A DNA stretch of 64,000 nt from Bacteroidales bacterium (GTDB taxonomy: Bacteria; Bacteroidota; Bacteroidia; Bacteroidales; P3), in NCBI GenBank assembly GCA_017962445.1, contig JAGCVI010000021.1:3751-67750 (forward strand). Direction: 5' to 3'. Below are positions 9,378 to 16,437 of this stretch, one piece after another. The notes beneath the pieces are model-generated. The model had not been told where the DNA came from. It did no database searches and was given only the letters and a program-made list of their open reading frames with translations. Made by a program: the position numbers and the translations under genes. Position 1 is the first letter of the stretch, and every line of letters starts with the position of its first letter.

Positions 9378-10616
9378 TTACACTCTTCTCAGTGCTACAC
9401 ATGCATTCTGTCCTCCGAAACCAAACGAGTTGCTGATCGTCAGGTCGGCTTTGAAGTCGCGTGCCGTGTGCGGCGTGTAGTCCAGGTCGCATTCCGGGTC
9501 TGGCTGGTCAAGGTGAATTGTCGGAGCTACCTTGCCCTCCTGCAGCGTCTTGGCGCATATCACCATCTCGATGGCTCCTGTTGCGCCGAGCATGTGGCCA
9601 AGCATCGACTTGGTGCTGCTAATCACAGCCTTCCTTGCCTCGTCTTCGCCCATGGCCTGCTTCAGTGCCAGCGTCTCGGCTTTGTCGTTCAGCGGAGTAC
9701 CGGTACCGTGTGCGTTGACATACACTTTCTCGCCGGCTTTGAATCCGGCCTCTTCAAGAGCCCATTTAATTGCATTGGTTGCGCATTTTGCGTCGCTTCT
9801 CGGTGCGGTGTAGTGATATGCGTCGCAGGTGTTGCCATAGCCGCACACCTCTGCATAGATGTGTGCACCGCGTTTGCGTGCCAGCTCATAGTCCTCAAGT
9901 ATCATCACACCAGAGCCTTCGCCCATCACGAAACCTTTTCTCCTGATGTCGAACGGCAGCGATGCAGCCATCGGGTCTTCACTGGTCGACAGCGCCTTCA
10001 TGTTGGCGAAGCCTGCAATGGCTATTTCGCATATTGCGGCCTCTGCACCGCCGGTGATCATCGCGTCGGCGCGGCCTTCCTTAATCATTCTGTATGCCTC
10101 GCCCACCGAGTGCGTGCCTGTGGCGCAGGCTGTCACTACCGGCAGGTTCGGGCCTTCGGCGTGGAATACTGTTGCCACGTTGCCCGATGCTATGTTGGCT
10201 ATCATTTCGGGAATGAACATCGGCGACACTCTCCTCGGACCGCTAGACATAAGTTCTGAATGTTCGCGGCAGAACGTCTGTATTCCGCCAATGCCAGAAC
10301 CGATGGCACAGCCGAAACGGCTGGGATCCACGTCTTTGTCAACAGTCAGCCCACTGTCTTGCATGGCCTGCGTGGCGGCGGCTATGGCGTAAAGCGCATA
10401 GCGGTCGTTGTGACGAATCATCGCCTTCTCTATGCCGAAATCCTCAGGCTTGAAATCCAGAATCTCGGCGGCGACCTTCACCGTCAGGTTCTCGGTGTTG
10501 ATGTTCTGTATTTTATTGATGGCGCAAGTGCCTTTCAGCAACTCCGACCAGAATTTGTCTACATTGTGGCCCAGCGGCGTAACACATCCCAGGCCCGTGA
10601 TTACTACTCGTTTCAT
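9378..10616 (-). CDS. fabF: beta-ketoacyl-ACP synthase II
   Basis: 412 aa. Has active-site ACATG, HGTGTP and GHMLGATG motifs. Confidence 0.9.
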   Translation of the reverse strand: MKRVVITGLGCVTPLGHNVDKFWSELLKGTCAINKIQNINTENLTVKVAAEILDFKPEDFGIEKAMIRHNDRYALYAIAAATQAMQDSGLTVDKDVDPSRFGCAIGSGIGGIQTFCREHSELMSSGPRRVSPMFIPEMIANIASGNVATVFHAEGPNLPVVTACATGTHSVGEAYRMIKEGRADAMITGGAEAAICEIAIAGFANMKALSTSEDPMAASLPFDIRRKGFVMGEGSGVMILEDYELARKRGAHIYAEVCGYGNTCDAYHYTAPRSDAKCATNAIKWALEEAGFKAGEKVYVNAHGTGTPLNDKAETLALKQAMGEDEARKAVISSTKSMLGHMLGATGAIEMVICAKTLQEGKVAPTIHLDQPDPECDLDYTPHTARDFKADLTISNSFGFGGQNACVALRRV

Positions 10617-10657
10617 ATCTTTAATACTATTTTTTCTTGTTTTATTTAATTATTATT

Positions 10658-10702
10658 AGTCCCATCGGTCCTATTGGCCCTATTAGCCCTATTGGTCCTA
10701 TT
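10658..10702. repeat. degenerate 9-bp tandem array (GGYCCTATT units)
   Basis: Reads agtcccatc ggtcctatt ggccctatt agccctatt ggtcctatt. Sits in the fabH-fabF junction, and the last unit overlaps the fabH stop codon. Confidence 0.7.
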
Positions 10703-11669
10703 CCTCCTCATACTTTATCTCGCTCCACTTCATAATCGTGATTCCTGTCACAAATCCGCCGCCGAAGGCGCTCAGAAGCAGTGTCATGCCGTCTTTCAGC
10801 TCGCCGGCCCTCGACAGCTCGTCCATAAGTATCGGAATGCTTGCCGACGAGGTATTGCCGTATTTTTGCAGGTTGGTCGGGAATTTCTCCTTTGGCTGAC
10901 CCAGATGCTCGCGAATTGATTCTATGATTCTCATGTTCGCCTGGTGAAGCAGATACATGTCTATGTCTTCGCCGGTCATGTTGTTGCGCTCAAGCATCAC
11001 ATCCACATCCTTGATGCAGGCTCTCACCGCCAGCTTGAACACCTCGCGTCCCTGCATCACCAAGGGCATCGTCTTTTCTTCAACTCTGTCGTAGGGTGTC
11101 ACTTCCAGCGAACGTTTGTAGTACAAAACGTCGGTGTGTGTGTCTGCCGTGACTCGGAAATCCTTGAATCCCTCGCCTTCGGTCAGCACAACGGCACCGG
11201 CTCCGTCGCCAAACAGCACCGATGTCTCACGTTCGTGCCAGTTGCAGAACCTCGACGGCTCCTCGGCGGCAACTATCAGTATGTTCTTTGCCCTGCCGGT
11301 CTTGAAAAACGCGTCTGCCATGTCAAGCGAATAGATAAATCCCGCACAGGCTCCGTTCAGGTCAATGCATGGGCAGCAGCACCCCAACGGCGCAAGTATG
11401 ATACTGCTCAGCGAGGGCGATACATAGCTGTTCGCTACATTCGAACATATCAGATAGTCAATGTCTTCGGGATTCAGTCCTGACGATTTTATTGCGTTCT
11501 GTGCAGCCGTGATGGCCAACTCCGACAAAGTCTCTTTGCTTAACAATCGCCGTGTTTGGATTCCTGTTCTTGTTGTGATCCAACTGTCGCTTGTCTCCAA
11601 AAATCCTGCCAGCATGTCGTTGGTCACTTCCTTCTCCGGCAATGCGCTTCCTGTTCCTATTATTTTCAT
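10698..11669 (-). CDS. fabH: beta-ketoacyl-ACP synthase III
   Basis: 323 aa. Has active-site GACAGF Cys, HQAN and GNTSSASIP motifs. Confidence 0.85.
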   Translation of the reverse strand: MKIIGTGSALPEKEVTNDMLAGFLETSDSWITTRTGIQTRRLLSKETLSELAITAAQNAIKSSGLNPEDIDYLICSNVANSYVSPSLSSIILAPLGCCCPCIDLNGACAGFIYSLDMADAFFKTGRAKNILIVAAEEPSRFCNWHERETSVLFGDGAGAVVLTEGEGFKDFRVTADTHTDVLYYKRSLEVTPYDRVEEKTMPLVMQGREVFKLAVRACIKDVDVMLERNNMTGEDIDMYLLHQANMRIIESIREHLGQPKEKFPTNLQKYGNTSSASIPILMDELSRAGELKDGMTLLLSAFGGGFVTGITIMKWSEIKYEEE

Positions 11670-11865
11670 ATAAATGTATTCTTTATTTATTATATCTGTA
11701 TATTATTGTATACACAGATTTCTCATTTCGGGCTGCAAAGGAATAACAAATTTTTTAAATAATTTTGTTAAAAATGATAATATACGTAATAATTTGGGTG
11801 TAATAACGTTTTTTATGGTGAAAATATATACTTTTTGGTGAATAACGTGAAATTCTATTAACATT

Positions 11866-12738
11866 ATGGCGAAAAACATCGTTAGAGTTCCTAAATTCCT
11901 CACCGAGATGAGAAGTATCTGGCTTTTTCTCTCTGCCATGCTTGTCTCTTCTCTCGTGTTTATTATAGTCTATCAACCTGCAAGTTTTATGCGCATTGAC
12001 ACGCCTGTAACGCGGTTGAATATTTATATCTATACTGTCATTTTTGTTTTCAGCGGGCTTTTCATCTTTGCCCTGAGCAGGATGATATTGTATCTGGTCA
12101 ATAGGAAACATTCGTTGGAGTTCTTCCATTTTATTATTTGGATGGTCTCCGAGCTCATTGTAACGTCTGTTATTCTAACAGTTATCGCTTTTTTCCTGGC
12201 CAACGAGGCAAACTTGTCTTTCTCCGATATGCTGTGGCACGTAACTCTCGACCTGCTCTCTGTCATCGCCGTGCCCTACATTGTTTCGGTAATGCTGTTC
12301 TATCTTGGCGAACGTCGACAGCAAATCGATGAGCTTAGGCATATTATCGACTCCACGCCGGGACTTGCACCGTCTGAGGGCGACAATATGAATTTCTACG
12401 ACCGTGGCGGCAAGCTCGCCTTCTCTACCAGTCGCGCGAACGTTCTCTTTATCGAGGCCGCCGACAACTACAGCAACATACATTATATTGATGAGGGTAA
12501 GGAGACCACCTTCATTCTTCATAACTCAATGAAGTCGCTCGACAATTCTGAACTTTACAAAGGCCTGCTCCGATGCCACCGCGGATATATGGTCAACATC
12601 GGCAATGTCAAGCTTTTGCGTAAAGAAAAAGGCGGCCTCGTGCTTGAGCTCACCCAGGGTGCCCGCTCCATCCCCGTCTCCCGCAACTATACTGAAAAGG
12701 TGGTCCATTTCTTCGCCGGCGACTCCTCTATACAATAG
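11866..12738 (+). CDS. membrane-anchored LytTR-domain DNA-binding protein (no receiver domain)
   Basis: Several N-terminal hydrophobic helices. C-terminal LytTR pattern (VLFIEAADNYSNIHY ... CHRGYMVNI ... IPVSRNY). Divergent from the fab/etf string. Confidence 0.75.
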   Translation: MAKNIVRVPKFLTEMRSIWLFLSAMLVSSLVFIIVYQPASFMRIDTPVTRLNIYIYTVIFVFSGLFIFALSRMILYLVNRKHSLEFFHFIIWMVSELIVTSVILTVIAFFLANEANLSFSDMLWHVTLDLLSVIAVPYIVSVMLFYLGERRQQIDELRHIIDSTPGLAPSEGDNMNFYDRGGKLAFSTSRANVLFIEAADNYSNIHYIDEGKETTFILHNSMKSLDNSELYKGLLRCHRGYMVNIGNVKLLRKEKGGLVLELTQGARSIPVSRNYTEKVVHFFAGDSSIQ

Positions 12739-13339
12739 TCATAGGCGCCCGCTCTGTTACTATTTCAATAATGTGTCGAAGACACAACATCTCAATAACC
12801 CCAGACTATAGTCTGGGGTACACGGAATCAACAAGATAATGCGTCTCGTAGTGAAGAAAGAGCCAGTGGCTCTTTTGATAGCGAAGCGGAGAATTTGGCG
12901 ACCACAAACAAGTATTGATTCACTTTAGTATTCCACTTAACATTTTGTTAATAACATTTTGTTAAGTCTGATTTTTCATGTATCTTGTCTACCCTCAAAT
13001 CGGGAATGAGATTGGATTGTACCTACAGAAGAATAGTTTTGGAGCCTTCGATTCGAATGATAGTTCAATTTGGCGCTTGCTATCCGCCAAATTGCTATTA
13101 ACTGATAATCAAAAAGAAGAAAAACGACGGATGCTATCCGCCAAATTGGAAGGGTGGTGCACTCTGTAATGAACCCCGAAAGTTGGACAATAAACTTTCG
13201 GGGTTCATTATGAAAAAAAGAAACACGGTTGAGGAACGACTAAAAGCAGTTATGTGATGCCTTTCAGGTAGAAATGTAAAAAAGTATCAAAAGAGTAAGG
13301 CATCAAGGAACACTACAGCAATGTGTCAGGTATTGTCTT

Positions 13340-13873
13340 TCATAAATTTTCTTTCTCCCATAAATACTCACCGTTTATGTATTTCTTTAGCTTATATATA
13401 CGCTCCTTTTTTTTTATAAATAAAAATTCAAAATCAGGATGTTCTGGATTAGGAAATTCGAAAAGACTGTAGCGAATTCGGATGTATTTCGTCGGATATG
13501 GCACAATTATATCTTGACAAAACGTCCTAGTGCAATATAGATAATTTGTATAGTGCCTAAAGAAAATATTTGTATCTTTGGTTTCCCTCGTTATTGTATG
13601 ACAAAAGGATGGCAATAACTTTATGTTTACGGTGTCGCCACTAATCCACATTGTGTCAATCATCTGAGAAACATCATATTTGTAATTTGGTATATCCCAA
13701 TAAGCTTTATCCTTGCATGGAAAACGTAATGGAATATCCCTTTTCTTGACGTGATACTGCAAAGTAACAAGGCTTTGCGCTGATAGTTCCAAGCCGAAAA
13801 ACACTGCGAAAAATAATAATACTATTTTCGGTTTAACTATTGTCATGAGTTTATATTTTTGAAGTTGATGCAA
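13340..13873 (-). CDS. hypothetical secreted protein
   Basis: 177-aa ORF with a hydrophobic N-terminal signal-like segment, in an AT-rich region. No motif recognised. Confidence 0.45.
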   Translation of the reverse strand: MHQLQKYKLMTIVKPKIVLLFFAVFFGLELSAQSLVTLQYHVKKRDIPLRFPCKDKAYWDIPNYKYDVSQMIDTMWISGDTVNIKLLPSFCHTITRETKDTNIFFRHYTNYLYCTRTFCQDIIVPYPTKYIRIRYSLFEFPNPEHPDFEFLFIKKKERIYKLKKYINGEYLWEKENL

Positions 13874-14076
13874 TTATAACGAATTGAAAATCCTTTTAGT
13901 ATTGGTGGCTTGTCTCAAATTTTCCATAATTGAACCAGAACAATATTCTGTCGCTTTTGCATTCCCTCAAAACAATCTAATCCGCAATCGCCAATCCGTT
14001 GAATTATGCATATTTACAATTTTTTTTTATTCAAGGCATTGGTATTGAAAAAAATGCGTATATTTGCAACCGATAA

Positions 14077-14094
14077 TGCGAAATAGATTTCGCA
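14077..14094. promoter_or_regulatory. candidate operator: perfect 8+2+8 palindrome upstream of the WYL regulator gene
   Basis: tgcgaaat-ag-atttcgca lies just upstream of the TAATTTTG -7 box at 14104-14111. Confidence 0.4.
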
Positions 14095-14103
14095 GGACAA
14101 TTG

Positions 14104-14111
14104 TAATTTTG
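14104..14111 (+). promoter_or_regulatory. Bacteroidota-type -7 promoter box (TAnnTTTG)
   Basis: TAATTTTG lies 22 nt before the ATG at 14134. Confidence 0.55.
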
Positions 14112-14133
14112 CAGCTGAGAAAAACGAAAGAAT

Positions 14134-15204
14134 ATGCCCGCAAACAAAAACACAGTAACACGATACTACATTCTGGATAAGTTGTTGGCCAACCGTTACC
14201 ATCACTATTCCGTAGAGGACTTGCGTCAGCATGTCAACGAGGAGCTGAAAGAACTCGGACAGGAACCTGTGAGCCGCCGCACCATTGAACTCGACCTGCA
14301 CTATCTGGAGTATGAAGGTCCTTTCCTCGCAGAGATTGAACATTATCAGATAGATGTTCCTAGTCAGAAAAACCCCAATAAGACGGTCAAGAAGAGCTGT
14401 CACCGTTACGCAGATCCTTCGTTCTCAATCTTCAAGAAAGAATTGAAGGAGGATGAGAAGTACCTCCTCTCCGAAGCCTTGTCTTTGCTGGGACAGTTTG
14501 AGGGCCTTCCTAATTTGGATGGTCTGGAGACCCTGCGGAAGAGTCTAGACGTGAAGACCGACCGTCAGATAATCTCCTTCACCAAAAACCCGTTGGAAAA
14601 CTCGACGCTGCTTGGCGAACTCTTCACGGCTATCTCGCAGAAACAGGTTGTGGAAATCCACTATCACCGCTTTGAAGCCCCTGATGAAGAACGGCAGATT
14701 ACAGTTCATCCCTATTCGCTCAAAGAATACAACCGCCGTTGGTATCTGATGGCGACAGCCGATACAGACAAAAAAATCTTGATCCTTGCTCTTGACCGCA
14801 TTGATAGTGTTGTGCCTCTGCCTGCCAAAGGGTACGCTTCCTTTGATGGCGACATTAGCGAACGCTTCGAGGACATAATCGGGGTGACGCTTCACGAAGA
14901 CCGCCCCGTGCAGCCCATCCTCTTTTGGGTCAGTGACCATTCCAAGGACTATGTCGCCACAAAGCCCATCCACGAATCCCAGCGGCACTACAGCGGCGAG
15001 CGTGAAAAGGGACTTCGTCAGCAGTACCCGATGCTTGAAGGTGGATACTTCTTCTCTATCGAATGCGTCGAGAACTATGAGCTTATACGCGAACTCACCT
15101 CCTTTGGCGAAGACCTGATTGTGCTATCGCCAGAAGATATCCAGCAGAAGGTGATCAACAAAATAAATGGAATGCGCAACAAATATGACTTTATTTGCAA
15201 ATGA
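14134..15204 (+). CDS. HTH-WYL-WCX transcriptional regulator (BrxR/CapW-like architecture)
   Basis: N-terminal wHTH-like segment (VSRRTIELDLHYLE). WYL core reads ITVHPYSLKEYNRRWYLMA...LALDRI. C-terminal extension reads YELIRELTSFGEDLIVLSP. Confidence 0.8.
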   Translation: MPANKNTVTRYYILDKLLANRYHHYSVEDLRQHVNEELKELGQEPVSRRTIELDLHYLEYEGPFLAEIEHYQIDVPSQKNPNKTVKKSCHRYADPSFSIFKKELKEDEKYLLSEALSLLGQFEGLPNLDGLETLRKSLDVKTDRQIISFTKNPLENSTLLGELFTAISQKQVVEIHYHRFEAPDEERQITVHPYSLKEYNRRWYLMATADTDKKILILALDRIDSVVPLPAKGYASFDGDISERFEDIIGVTLHEDRPVQPILFWVSDHSKDYVATKPIHESQRHYSGEREKGLRQQYPMLEGGYFFSIECVENYELIRELTSFGEDLIVLSPEDIQQKVINKINGMRNKYDFICK

Positions 15205-15219
15205 TTGCGAATTATTTTG

Positions 15220-15227
15220 TAATTTTG
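15220..15227 (+). promoter_or_regulatory. Bacteroidota-type -7 promoter box (TAnnTTTG)
   Basis: TAATTTTG lies 23 nt before the ATG at 15251. Confidence 0.5.
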
Positions 15228-15250
15228 CATTTCGATAATTCAACAGAATA

Positions 15251-16390
15251 ATGGACAATAAACCCACATTTATATCCCGAGACGGAATGATTGCCGACAG
15301 CAATTATGTTCAGTGGATAGCAAATATTAAATCGCGCTTTCAACAAAGTCAAATTAAAGCTGCTGTGAAGGTGAATACTTCGCTCCTGGAGTTTTACTGG
15401 AGCGTAGGACGTGACTTGGTAGCCCTTAAAGCAGAAGAGCGTTGGGGCAGCGGAATAGTTAAACAGTTTGCTTTGGATATGCGGAATGCTTTCCCTGATG
15501 CTAAAGGCTTCTCTGACACAAACGTGAAGTATATGAAGCGCTGGTATCTGTTTTATTATAAGCAAGTTGAAAAAGATCAGCAAGCTGTTGGCCTTTGGGA
15601 AGACCCTAAAGGTCGGCAAGATGCCGACCAAATCAAAGAGACAAAAAAAGGTCGGCAACTTGCCGACCAATTAGAAATGCCCGAAATATTTGGTCAAATT
15701 CCATGGTATCATCATATTCGTATAATCAGCCACTGCAAGACTCTCGACGAAGCCATGTTCTATATGAACAAGACGATAGAAGAGGGCTGGAGCCGCAGCT
15801 GGCTCGAAGACCAGATCGCTCAAAACCTATACCGCAACCAGGGCTCTGCTATTACAAACTTTGACATCGCCTTGCCTGCGCCGCAAAGCAAGTTAGCAAA
15901 AGAGATTCTGAAAAACGAATACAATCTTAGTTTTATCAATGCCGAGTGTGTGAGGCAAGAAAAAGACCTGGAAGAGGCTCTTGTCGCGAACGTCACACGT
16001 TTTCTTCTGGAACTAGGGAAGGGGTTTGCATACGTGGGCCGACAGATGGAATTGAGGATGGATGATGAAACGGCATTCTTCCCGGACTTGGTTTTCTATC
16101 ACATACCGCAAAAACGTTACGTCATTATAGAGTTGAAGGCAGTCAAGTTCGAGCCGGAGTTTGCCGGCAAGTTGAATTTCTATGTCACCGCTGCCGACAA
16201 GCTTCTTAGGGGCGACGGTGACAACGAATCGGTAGGCCTGATAATTTGCAAAACAGCAAAGAAGACTATTGTCGAGTGGTCGCTGAAAGACATTAACAAG
16301 CCGTTAGGAGTATCGACTTACCAACTTGAAGAAGTCGTTGCCCGCACTATAGCAGAACTGGAACAACAAAAAGAGAAAGCCCGCAAATAG
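15251..16390 (+). CDS. DUF1016/YhcG-family PD-(D/E)xK nuclease-like protein
   Basis: N-terminal YhcG-type pattern (LLEFYWSVGRDL...WGSGIVKQFALDM...GFSDTNVKYMKRWY). C-terminal nuclease core reads GKGFAYVGRQ...FPDLVFYH...VIIELKAVKF. Confidence 0.8.
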   Translation: MDNKPTFISRDGMIADSNYVQWIANIKSRFQQSQIKAAVKVNTSLLEFYWSVGRDLVALKAEERWGSGIVKQFALDMRNAFPDAKGFSDTNVKYMKRWYLFYYKQVEKDQQAVGLWEDPKGRQDADQIKETKKGRQLADQLEMPEIFGQIPWYHHIRIISHCKTLDEAMFYMNKTIEEGWSRSWLEDQIAQNLYRNQGSAITNFDIALPAPQSKLAKEILKNEYNLSFINAECVRQEKDLEEALVANVTRFLLELGKGFAYVGRQMELRMDDETAFFPDLVFYHIPQKRYVIIELKAVKFEPEFAGKLNFYVTAADKLLRGDGDNESVGLIICKTAKKTIVEWSLKDINKPLGVSTYQLEEVVARTIAELEQQKEKARK

Positions 16391-16407
16391 ATTGCGTGCA
16401 TTAGTCG

Positions 16408-16415
16408 TACTTTTG
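16408..16415 (+). promoter_or_regulatory. Bacteroidota-type -7 promoter box (TAnnTTTG) for the ATPase operon
   Basis: TACTTTTG lies 22 nt before the ATG at 16438. Confidence 0.5.
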
Positions 16416-16437
16416 CAAACGAAAACGAAATAGAAAA

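Noticed and set aside
12978-13169. 63-aa plus-strand ORF in the island border
   Set aside because: Its internal peptide repeat (LLSAKL / MLSAKL) comes from a duplicated DNA motif and hairpin arm. It has no promoter box or motif. It was treated as non-coding debris.
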